Origin: a virus
Taxonomy: Duplodnaviria; Caudoviricetes
Strand: one strand, 5' to 3'
Virus record (IMG/VR): IMGVR_UViG_3300015200_000003
Span: 1 to 56,965 of that record
Length of the DNA: 56,965 nucleotides
The translations under genes and the position numbers were made by a program. This document shows positions 47,240 through 55,865 of the stretch, piece by piece; within the stretch, counting starts at the first letter, position 1; every line of letters begins with the position of its first letter. Below the pieces are notes generated by a model. That model was given only the letters and a program-made list of their open reading frames with translations. It did no database searches and was not told the DNA's origin.

Positions 47240-49860
47240 TGAGCCTGCCGCCGCTCAACCTTGCCCCGCCGGATCTCGGGGAATTTCCGGAGATCAGGTT
47301 CACCCCAGGCGCACCGGGTACACCAGGGACGCCTGGTGGTGGGACCGGCGACCCGGGCTTAGACCTGCGCGGGGCGGTTCGCACCCAGATCCGCGAGTCG
47401 CTGATGAACGATGCGATCCGCGCGATCCTGGCCAAGCAGAGCGGCAACCAGACCCTCTCGGGTGATGAGCAGCGCACCCTGCAAGGCTGGGAAGACCTGG
47501 TCGAGTCTGAGTACGCCAAGAAGATCGGCTACGCCGTCCCTGACGATGTCCAGCGGCGGCTCGAAGCGCTCGACAAGATGAACGAGGACAAGTCCAGCGG
47601 CGGCGGCAAGAGCGGTGGCGGCGGCGGCGGCGCTGCCAAGAAGCCGAGTGGCGGCGGTGGCGCTGGCGCAGGTGGCGCACCTCCAGGCGGCGCACGTCCT
47701 CCGACCGGGGCTGGGGCGGCCGGGTCTGCTGCCGCACGGGCTGCGGCGGCAGGACAGCCCAGGGCGCTCACGCCGGCCGCTCAGGCGGCTGAGGCGGCGC
47801 GGCTGAACCATCGCAAGCAGCTGGACCAACGGGCGGCGCTGCTGCTCCGGAAGGCGACCGAGATCACGCTGCTGGCCGAGACGCGCCGACTGGCGGAACC
47901 GCAGTGGGTTGACGCGCTGATCAAGACGGGGATGACTCCGGAGCAGGCGCAGGCGCAGGCCAAGATCGAAGTCGCGAAGATCGACAAGCCGCAGACCCCG
48001 ATGACCGACGAGATGTACAGCCAGATGTCTCGCCAGGTTGGCACCCTGATCGCAAAACCGGGTGGACCAGCGGCCGACCCGTCCAACCACGAAGAGGTGG
48101 TGGCGGCGCAGACGCTGAAGAACCTCGGACGCCTGACCTGGGCGGACCAGATCCAGCGTGGCGAGATCGACAAGCTGTCGCCTGAGGACCGCCAACTCCT
48201 GGCCGATAACCGGATGCTGGTGCAGGATGCGCAGGGCAACGTGCATCTGAAGATCAGCACCGACGCCGATAGAGCGGCGATGAGCAGGCTGTTGAGCGGG
48301 CTGAACGATCCGAACTCGCCGGTCAGTCAGCGGGCCGACCAGTTCACGGAAGGCTGGATCCCTCAATTCGTCGCCGGGACCGACCCGTACGCCACGTCAC
48401 CAGCCGTGCGCGCCGAGATGACACGTCTGGGTATCCCGATAACGGGTAGCCAGGTGGTCGTGGCCGCCCCAGCAGAGACGACTCCTGGCGAGATCGTCCC
48501 GTCCGTTGCTCCACCCACGGAGCCTGGCATCGCGCCAGGTGAGGACACCAGCGGCTTTCTGCCAACCGACGATGGGCTGACCGCTGGCGGCGTTGTCGGG
48601 GGCAGCAGGTTCACCGACACCGGGGTGCTGGACGAGAAAACCACCCCCCAACGCACCTGGGACGACATGGCGAATAACGCCTGGTACGCCCAGCGTGACC
48701 ACGACATCCTGACCGGGGTCGCTGGGACGGACAAGGCAACCCTCGATCCGAATGAGGATGCGCCGACCCAGGAGTACCGAGACGCCTGGAAGGGCTGGTA
48801 CCAGGCGGAGAAGGACGCGGGGCGCACCCCCAACCTGAACATGCTGTACGGGGAAGGCGCGACCCAGCGGTACCGAGAACAGCAACAGGCCACCAACCCT
48901 GGCTGGACAGCCGCCCCAACCGCCCCAGGGACGCCGCTGCGGCCAGTCAAACCCAGCGGCACGATCCTCGGTGAGTATCCCGGCGACGACGGACAGACGT
49001 ACGCTCAGGTCCAACTGGGAGATGGCGAACTGGTCGCCGTCCGTCAGCAGCCTGGGCAGTCGCTCTGGGATGTCCTGGCGCGCGCCGAAACCGAGGGCAA
49101 GCCGATTGAGCAAGATGAGTCGGAGATCAAGCGAGACTTCGAGCGGGGTGTCGCAGAGGTTCCTATCGAGGGCGAAATCGTTGAGGTGACGCTCTGGAAC
49201 GGCGCAACTGACGCGGATCTGGAGAACGCCGCCGCCGTCGAACTTGACCAGCGAGAGGTCGCCCAGCAGCAGGTTGATGTCTCGGTGCCGGAGGGTGAAG
49301 AGCCAGCGCCGGAGCCTGAAGACCAGGGCGAGGGTGCGAACCTCCAGAGCGACTCACCGAGTGAGGAACTGCGCCAGTTGGTCGCCGGGTTCCAGGGATA
49401 CGACCCGAGGTATGACCCCGCCGCCAACGAAGACCTGAGCCAGCTGTCGGAAGAAGAACTGGTCGAACGAGCCACGGGCGACGAGGACGAGGACAAGGAC
49501 GAACCAGAAGCCGAGATCTTTGCGTCTGATGACTACGACTATGACGACGATGACGATGATGATGACGATGATGATGACGACGACGACGATGATGACGATG
49601 ATGATGACGATGATGATGACGATGATGATGACGATGATGACGATGACGATGACGACTGGAGCGATTGGTACGACGACGACGAAGATGATGACGACGATGA
49701 CGGGGACGATGAGGGCGGGGATGACGGCGAGGATGACGACGACGATGACGATGGCGGCGACGACGGCGGGGATGACGACGACGGCGGGGATGACGACGAC
49801 GGCGGGGATGAGGAAGACGAGGACGACGAGGAAGAGGAAGACGAGTGGGAGGAGTGGTAG
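47239..49860 (+). CDS. Putative virion protein with a poly-Asp C-terminus
   Basis: TGATG-coupled; 873 aa; Asp run at 49543-49656. Confidence 0.75.
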   Translation: MSLPPLNLAPPDLGEFPEIRFTPGAPGTPGTPGGGTGDPGLDLRGAVRTQIRESLMNDAIRAILAKQSGNQTLSGDEQRTLQGWEDLVESEYAKKIGYAVPDDVQRRLEALDKMNEDKSSGGGKSGGGGGGAAKKPSGGGGAGAGGAPPGGARPPTGAGAAGSAAARAAAAGQPRALTPAAQAAEAARLNHRKQLDQRAALLLRKATEITLLAETRRLAEPQWVDALIKTGMTPEQAQAQAKIEVAKIDKPQTPMTDEMYSQMSRQVGTLIAKPGGPAADPSNHEEVVAAQTLKNLGRLTWADQIQRGEIDKLSPEDRQLLADNRMLVQDAQGNVHLKISTDADRAAMSRLLSGLNDPNSPVSQRADQFTEGWIPQFVAGTDPYATSPAVRAEMTRLGIPITGSQVVVAAPAETTPGEIVPSVAPPTEPGIAPGEDTSGFLPTDDGLTAGGVVGGSRFTDTGVLDEKTTPQRTWDDMANNAWYAQRDHDILTGVAGTDKATLDPNEDAPTQEYRDAWKGWYQAEKDAGRTPNLNMLYGEGATQRYREQQQATNPGWTAAPTAPGTPLRPVKPSGTILGEYPGDDGQTYAQVQLGDGELVAVRQQPGQSLWDVLARAETEGKPIEQDESEIKRDFERGVAEVPIEGEIVEVTLWNGATDADLENAAAVELDQREVAQQQVDVSVPEGEEPAPEPEDQGEGANLQSDSPSEELRQLVAGFQGYDPRYDPAANEDLSQLSEEELVERATGDEDEDKDEPEAEIFASDDYDYDDDDDDDDDDDDDDDDDDDDDDDDDDDDDDDDDDDDDDWSDWYDDDEDDDDDDGDDEGGDDGEDDDDDDDGGDDGGDDDDGGDDDDGGDEEDEDDEEEEDEWEEW
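49543..49850 (+). repeat. GAY codon tract (about 38 consecutive Asp) followed by D/G/E repeats
   Basis: Mixed GAT/GAC codons, in frame with 47239-49860. Confidence 0.9.
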
Positions 49861-50096
49861 TGAGCGCCTCGTCGCTGCGGCTTGATGGTCGGAACGTCCT
49901 GCGCTGCGCCATGAAACGAGCGCGGGGTGCGGGGCTGGATTGCGACACACCGGTCGCCCGTCCGGATGGAACCCAGCTGGTCATTCGCTGCCGCAACTGC
50001 CACACCGACCATGCCTTCGGGGTTGCTGACGGCAAAATCGTCCCGCTGGAGCCGCGTTCGGTGTGCCGGTTGCCCCAGGATCGGCCGATGCCCTAG
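49860..50096 (+). CDS. Small Zn-finger protein, Mu Com-like
   Basis: LRC...C...VAR......VIRCRNCH; GTG overlaps the upstream TAG. Confidence 0.5.
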   Translation: MSASSLRLDGRNVLRCAMKRARGAGLDCDTPVARPDGTQLVIRCRNCHTDHAFGVADGKIVPLEPRSVCRLPQDRPMP

Positions 50097-50241
50097 CGTC
50101 TAACCACGAGGGGATCATCCGTCGGCACGGACCTCCCAGCCCGGTGGCGGACTCCCCTCTCCCTCGACAACTACAGAGCAGCCCGAGAGGCCAGTTCCAC
50201 GTTCGCGTGGACTGGCCTTTCGTTGTTCCAGGAGTATCCCC

Positions 50242-51531
50242 GTGGCGCAGAACCGAAGCGGTGCAGGGTCCGACCCGATGGCGCAGCTTGACGCAGCGAT
50301 GAATGAGACGTTCCAGGAGATTGCCGAGCAAGGCTCCGGGGTCGCACCGTCTGATGTCGTTCGCGCCACACCAGATCGCCCGCGCCGACGGCGTGCCGCT
50401 GAGAGCGATGACGCCGCTGACGGCAGCTGGCTCGAACGCGAGCAGCGCGAGCAGCCACGGCCGCCCCTGCGACGACGCGGTGCAGCCGCCGAAGACGACC
50501 CGGCCAAGGTGATCCTGGACGAGGCCGATGATGACAGCGATGACGACGGGGACACCCGTCGTCAGGGTGCCACCGGACGCGATAGCCGAGGGCGGTTCCT
50601 ACCCTCACGCGCGGTTACCGACGATGACGCTGACGACGATTCCGATGAGGATGACCGTCAAGTCACGGGCGGGCGTCGCTACGACGAAGCTGAGGAGGCC
50701 GACGACGATGATGACGCCGTCGAGCCGGAAGGTCGGCGTCGAGCGAATGACGATGAGGAGCGGGACGACTCACGGACGGAGCGTCGGGGACGCCGTCGAT
50801 TCCCTCGCGAGGTGCGGCAGGAGATCGACCGCCAGGTCCGAGCGCAAGTGGAGCGGGTTACCAGGGAGAACGAAGCCCTGCGCGCCCAGCAGCAGCAATC
50901 GCAGCAGATTGAAGGTCAAGCGCTGCAATTTCTGTCACAAGCCATCGGTACCCAGGAGATTCGGGACCGCCTCCAGAGCCAGGTGATGAACACCCGCCTG
51001 CCCCTCCAGCAACGGAATCAGGCGGCGGCGCTGCTGGAGCGGTACCAGAACAACGAGAAGTACGTCCGTACCTACCGTGTCGCGCTCTTAGCGACGATTC
51101 GTTCCGAGCAGGCCGACCGTGACAAGCAAGTCGCGGCCGAACTCGCGAAGTACAAGATCCGTCTCGATCCTGCCATCGTGGCCAAGGGTGACCGTTCGGA
51201 AACCCTGGTGCACGCCGTTCGGACAGGGATCCTGCTCGAACGGAAGCGGAACGAGGCGGAGATGGAGCGGCTGCGACGGTCGGCCTCCAACCGCCGTGGT
51301 GTCCGCGACGAACAGGCTGTCCGCAACGGCAGCTTCGGTCGTGACTCGATGGCGTCGTCCAATGGACGGCGCGCCAACGGGCGAGTCGCCACCGTGGATC
51401 GCCTGCGTGGCGCACTCGGGAACGACCGTGGGTTGGCAGCCGGCACCCAGGTGCCAATGCCGACCGATGCCATCTTGACCAAGCTTCGGAACGGCGAGGT
51501 CACGCTGAGAGATCTCGGGTTGGACAGATGA
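50242..51531 (+). CDS. Capsid scaffolding-like protein
   Basis: AGGAG RBS; acidic disordered N-half with RDSRGRF, coiled-coil C-half; directly upstream of the major capsid gene. Confidence 0.7.
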   Translation: MAQNRSGAGSDPMAQLDAAMNETFQEIAEQGSGVAPSDVVRATPDRPRRRRAAESDDAADGSWLEREQREQPRPPLRRRGAAAEDDPAKVILDEADDDSDDDGDTRRQGATGRDSRGRFLPSRAVTDDDADDDSDEDDRQVTGGRRYDEAEEADDDDDAVEPEGRRRANDDEERDDSRTERRGRRRFPREVRQEIDRQVRAQVERVTRENEALRAQQQQSQQIEGQALQFLSQAIGTQEIRDRLQSQVMNTRLPLQQRNQAAALLERYQNNEKYVRTYRVALLATIRSEQADRDKQVAAELAKYKIRLDPAIVAKGDRSETLVHAVRTGILLERKRNEAEMERLRRSASNRRGVRDEQAVRNGSFGRDSMASSNGRRANGRVATVDRLRGALGNDRGLAAGTQVPMPTDAILTKLRNGEVTLRDLGLDR

Positions 51532-51568
51532 TCCCGCAGCACCGCTGCGGATGGGATGAGGGAAGACC

Positions 51569-52690
51569 GTGGTAAACAGGATTCAGTCGCTGATCACGCC
51601 AGACGGTGGCCCCACCGCTGGTGGGACGTACCACAACTTCCTGGGTACGGCCGCCCAGCAGAAGTTCTTTATCTTGACCTTGACCAAGCGGGCCGTTCCG
51701 TATCTCGTCCTCTTTGAGGACGCGCAGATGACCACCATCCCGAAGAACTCGGGTGGCTTCGGGGCGAACGGCCAGATCTCGTTCCGCAAGGTCTCCGCGC
51801 TCTGGGATCCGGCCGTGGACGGGGTCACCGAGCCGGTGGCGCTGATCGAGGGTGAGCCGCCGGCCTCCAAGGACTTGGAGATCACCGAGGTCAACGCCGG
51901 CCTCAAGCAGTACGGCGACTGGATCAAGGTCTCGGACCTCGCAGAGACCGCATCCGTGGACGGAATTCTCGTTCACGCGGCGGAAGCGCTGGGCGAGTAT
52001 GAGGGACAAAAGCTGCATCGCGTGATGCTGTATGCGTTGGAGGCGACCACGAATTCGTGGTGGGGCGATGCGTCTGCTCCAATCGCGTACGCCACGCCGT
52101 TCTATACGCCCACCCCGTCCGCCATCGCGGGCGGCGCGATTGACACCGACCTGGAAGTCCCCGACGCCGCGAAACTGACCTCGGCCATGGTGCAGAAGGT
52201 CGTGCGTTCCTTGAAGCGCATGAATGCGGCCAGGTTCCCAGACGGTTTCTACCACTGGATCATCGATCCGTATCAGTCGTACGACCTCATCTCGGATCCG
52301 CTGTTCACCGACATCGCCAAGTACAACGGCGGCGCGGCCAACAACGGTGGGCCGAACCTGCTGACCGGTGAGGTTGGTAAGGGCTGGGGCGTCCGCTTCA
52401 AGGAAGCGAACGAACTGCTGACGGGCGTCAATACCGGTGGCAAGAAGACCTACCACAGCTACTGCTACGGGCCGAATGGATTCGGAATGCTCGATCTGGC
52501 CGGCATGGCCGTCGGCAAGATCAACCCCACGACCAACCGTGGCGTCTCGATCTACAGCCAGCCGGTGAACTCGCCCGACAAGACCGACCCGCTTGGTCAG
52601 GTCGGCTTCGTGTCGGCCAAGGTGGCGTTCGCGGGCATCGTGTTCGATCCCGTCCAGGTGATGAAGGTCGTGACGACCGCGTCGGCCTAA
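51569..52690 (+). CDS. Major capsid protein, N4-gp56 family (HK97 fold)
   Basis: IP...G..ISF...LIEG.PP...LKQYGDW..VSDL; IDP....DL; GEVG...GVRF.E; DPLGQ.G....K. Confidence 0.92.
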   Translation: MVNRIQSLITPDGGPTAGGTYHNFLGTAAQQKFFILTLTKRAVPYLVLFEDAQMTTIPKNSGGFGANGQISFRKVSALWDPAVDGVTEPVALIEGEPPASKDLEITEVNAGLKQYGDWIKVSDLAETASVDGILVHAAEALGEYEGQKLHRVMLYALEATTNSWWGDASAPIAYATPFYTPTPSAIAGGAIDTDLEVPDAAKLTSAMVQKVVRSLKRMNAARFPDGFYHWIIDPYQSYDLISDPLFTDIAKYNGGAANNGGPNLLTGEVGKGWGVRFKEANELLTGVNTGGKKTYHSYCYGPNGFGMLDLAGMAVGKINPTTNRGVSIYSQPVNSPDKTDPLGQVGFVSAKVAFAGIVFDPVQVMKVVTTASA

Positions 52691-52699
52691 CGATGGCGC

Positions 52700-52755
52700 G
52701 TGTGGGGGAGAGAGTTGCATCTCTCCCCCGAAAGCGTCCCACACATCTCGTGTGT
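52700..52755 (+). terminator. Hairpin(s) downstream of the major capsid gene
   Basis: GGGGGAGAGA (52704-52713) / TCTCTCCCCC (52720-52729); no U-tract. Confidence 0.5.
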
Positions 52756-52770
52756 CCAGGAGTAACTTCG

Positions 52771-53472
52771 ATGGCTGAGAACAAGACTGACACCAAGGCT
52801 GACGAAGAAGTCCTCGCCAACATGCAGCGGTCGCGTGAGAACACCTTCGCCGGCAATGCGCGCATCAACCTGACGGCCGAGGAGACGCCGACCCCGCCGC
52901 TGGCCGAGGAGACGCCCGCGCTCCCCGAGGGGATGACGATGGTCTACCCGGCCAACGACGCGCTGGTGAAGGCCCGGCCGGCTGAGCCTGCCACCTCCGC
53001 TGCGCCCGTGGGTCTGAGCGAGCGCAGCTGGTCGCCCGAGGTGACCGCGCGTGACACCCGCCTGATCGCTGAGGAACTCGACGCGATGGCGGGAGAGGCC
53101 GGGTCCGCCGCGAAGGACGCGGAGATTGACCCCAACGATGCGGCGGCGCTGGACGCGGCCGTGCGTGAGGGCGGCTTCCTTGAGGTGCGGATGGACATGG
53201 CCCGCATGAACGCGGTCAACCGCCTCAACGACCGTCTCGCCAACGGCATCGGGGAGATCCAGGCGGCCATCCCTGTCGCCCGTGCGGCGATAGAGCAAGC
53301 TGCGGAGCAGGCCAAGGCCAGGCTCGAAGCGGTGGGCGAGGAGCGCGCGGCGCGGCAGGTCCATCGGGAGACCCGACGGGAGGCTCGACGGGAGACTCCG
53401 ACCACCCCGCCTCCGACCACGACCGCATCGACCCCGCCAGCCCCACCGGCTCGCACACGCACGAACGAGTAA
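52771..53472 (+). CDS. Hypothetical protein
   Basis: AGGAG at 52758-52762; ATG 52771. Confidence 0.7.
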   Translation: MAENKTDTKADEEVLANMQRSRENTFAGNARINLTAEETPTPPLAEETPALPEGMTMVYPANDALVKARPAEPATSAAPVGLSERSWSPEVTARDTRLIAEELDAMAGEAGSAAKDAEIDPNDAAALDAAVREGGFLEVRMDMARMNAVNRLNDRLANGIGEIQAAIPVARAAIEQAAEQAKARLEAVGEERAARQVHRETRREARRETPTTPPPTTTASTPPAPPARTRTNE

Positions 53473-53475
53473 GCC

Positions 53476-54276
53476 ATGCCAAGCAAACCCACCAAGCCAA
53501 CCAGCGAGCAGGATCCTGGTCACCCTTCATTGGGTGACCAGGAGCAACTCGCCGGCCCCAGCCTGGGGCCGCTAGAGACCCTGGCGTTCGAGGGAGCGCT
53601 GGACGAACTGCACGGCTCGCCAGACGACGACGCCCCAGACGACCAGGACGATGACCAGGAGGACGACCAGGAGGACGAGCGGCCAGCGCCTCGGCCTCGG
53701 GTCACGACGCCAGCTGAAGGCGCATCGACGGGTCTCAGCCCGGAGATGGCGGCGATGATGGCGCACTTCTCCTCGATCATGGCTGACCGCGATGAGCGGC
53801 TCTACGCCCGGTTTGAGGAACGGCTGGCCAACCTTGCGCCGAAGGAGCCAACGGCGAACGGGGCGGTGCACTACCCCTCCATCGATCAGGCGGAGATGGC
53901 GGCGGCTCCGGGGCAGTACCCGCCCAGCATGACGATGCCGCTGTCGCAGCCCGCCCCCGCTGAGCAGCAGCAGCCACGCCCGCAGCGGATGGTCGCCTTC
54001 ATCCCGAAGGAGGATCCGTACAACCCGCGCCAGACGACGTTCAAGACCTGGCTCAATGGGCGTGAACTGCGGTCGAAGCGGGGCCAGGTGATGATCCTGA
54101 CCCTCGGACACGGGATCGACCTGGCGAAAAACGGCCACGGCAATTGCGTGGACATCGCGGCCATGCAGGGGGCCGGCGTGATGTCGCCCATGCAGGTGCA
54201 GCAACAGCCAGATTACGCACGACCAAACAACTGGGACGGGCTGCCGTTGGACAACCGAACGTCGGTCCCCCTCTAA
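53476..54276 (+). CDS. Hypothetical capsid-associated protein
   Basis: C-terminal IP.EDP.N...WLNG.....KRG..M motif; position after the major capsid gene. Confidence 0.65.
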   Translation: MPSKPTKPTSEQDPGHPSLGDQEQLAGPSLGPLETLAFEGALDELHGSPDDDAPDDQDDDQEDDQEDERPAPRPRVTTPAEGASTGLSPEMAAMMAHFSSIMADRDERLYARFEERLANLAPKEPTANGAVHYPSIDQAEMAAAPGQYPPSMTMPLSQPAPAEQQQPRPQRMVAFIPKEDPYNPRQTTFKTWLNGRELRSKRGQVMILTLGHGIDLAKNGHGNCVDIAAMQGAGVMSPMQVQQQPDYARPNNWDGLPLDNRTSVPL

Positions 54277-54284
54277 CACTGACC

Positions 54285-54344
54285 GTCTGATCGGCCGGGT
54301 GGACGCCACGCGCCCCTCCCCAGTCCACTCGGCCGACCTCAGAC
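54285..54344. other. Intergenic long hairpin
   Basis: TCGGCCGGGTGGAC (54291-54304) / GTCCACTCGGCCGA (54323-54336), with outer GTCTGA/TCAGAC. Confidence 0.55.
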
Positions 54345-54359
54345 CCTCCAGGAGAGCAG

Positions 54360-55865
54360 ATGCCGACCCTTGCCGACTACCGTGACGCGGTCCTCCAGGA
54401 GGAGGGCGGGGTACTCGGCGTCTTCAGGGGAACGGTCACCCTCGACCCAGACCTGGCCGACCGTGACGCCGCCCGCTCGTTGATCTCGTCCGCCCTGTTC
54501 GATGACGAGAAACTGTCCGGGGCGTACGGGTCGCAGTACGTCTGGATCCCGAAGTGGTCCGACCAGCGCCGCACCATCCAGCGCGGCTACCGCATTCGCT
54601 ACGCTTCGACGTTCGCGCCGCCCCCCGAGGGGTCGTACCGCTTGCAGTTCTATGGCTACGGTCAGACGCGCGAGTTGCCCCACAACACGTCAGCGCGGAC
54701 CGTCCAGGAAGAGATCGCCAAGATCGACGCGGACTTGATCGATGTCGAAGTCGAGGCGGACCCCCTCGGCCTGACCTTCCACCTGCCCACGCGGATCGGG
54801 GTGGGCGCGACCGCTGGACGGATGCTGGCCGGTGGTGGCGTCGGCATCTGCCTGGTCAACCGCGACTTCTCCAACCCGCTGACCAAAGGCACCCGCTTCC
54901 TACTCAGTCCTCGCATCCCGTTCGAGACTGAGGACGAACTGCTGGGGCTGCACGAGTGCATCAATCTGGCGCTCGCAGACATCACCCACCACGATCTGGT
55001 GCCGGTCGTCTCGCCCTTCGCGGCAGCGCAACGTTCCGCTGTCATCCGCCTCTCGGACATCGCGCCCTGGCTTGAGGGCAGCATGGTCACCGGCTTCTAC
55101 GCCCCGACCGACTGGCAATCCGTGACCGTCTTTCAGCCGCCGACCTCTGGCACCTATCTGCTGCGCCCGGAGACCTCGGCTGCCTGGAGTCCGATCCCCA
55201 CCCCGCTGGTCTGGGATGCCACGGGTGCCGAGATCGAGATCGCGTTGAAAGCGGTCGTCGGCGCTGGAAACCTGCGGGTTGTCCCGCAAGGGCCAGCCCT
55301 ACGCTACGAGATCATCTGGCACACGCAGCACCATGAGGCAACCGTGGTCGCCTCGGCGGGGCAGATCGTCGGCTACTCGTCGGAGCGGATGAAAGACCCG
55401 TATCCCACGACGATCCCGCCCGCATTTACCACCGACTTCGAGTCCGACACGTTCTCGGATCCGGGCTACGCCGCCGATCAGTCCTGGTTCATTGGCTGCT
55501 ACCGCCCCGATTCGACCAGGATCTGCCCGCAGACCTACCCACGCCGATCTGACGGCACGCTCGACACGACGTGCGAGCCGATCCCTGGCCGCCAGTGGGT
55601 CGAGTCGGTGAGCGGGCTGGTGCATGATCTCGATCAGGCCCGTACGCCGGTGGAGCAGGTTGCCCCGGCGGCGCTGCGGTACGCCTGCCTCGCCGTTGCC
55701 AACGTGGCTCCAGCTGGCGAGGCGTCCCGCTGGGAGGCGCTGGCAGACAAGGCCGCGATGCAGGCGGCGGCGCGCGTGGTCTACGGGCGTCAAGTCTACC
55801 GTCGGATGTCCAACCGTCCTAGCTGGCCGCCACTGGACGGCAGTCGAGGCTTCTGGCTCCCGTGA
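54360..55865 (+). CDS. Putative head-tail adaptor/structural protein
   Basis: AGGAG RBS; MPTLADYRDAV N-terminus, INLALAD helix, two internal G.Y.L.....T..L..(N/D).(S/T)A..(V/I)..(I/L) repeats. Confidence 0.55.
   Translation: MPTLADYRDAVLQEEGGVLGVFRGTVTLDPDLADRDAARSLISSALFDDEKLSGAYGSQYVWIPKWSDQRRTIQRGYRIRYASTFAPPPEGSYRLQFYGYGQTRELPHNTSARTVQEEIAKIDADLIDVEVEADPLGLTFHLPTRIGVGATAGRMLAGGGVGICLVNRDFSNPLTKGTRFLLSPRIPFETEDELLGLHECINLALADITHHDLVPVVSPFAAAQRSAVIRLSDIAPWLEGSMVTGFYAPTDWQSVTVFQPPTSGTYLLRPETSAAWSPIPTPLVWDATGAEIEIALKAVVGAGNLRVVPQGPALRYEIIWHTQHHEATVVASAGQIVGYSSERMKDPYPTTIPPAFTTDFESDTFSDPGYAADQSWFIGCYRPDSTRICPQTYPRRSDGTLDTTCEPIPGRQWVESVSGLVHDLDQARTPVEQVAPAALRYACLAVANVAPAGEASRWEALADKAAMQAAARVVYGRQVYRRMSNRPSWPPLDGSRGFWLP

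Noticed and set aside
49354-50012. Poly-Ile/Val, poly-Ser and poly-Met/Thr ORFs
   Set aside because: Alternative-frame readings of the poly-Asp GAY tract.
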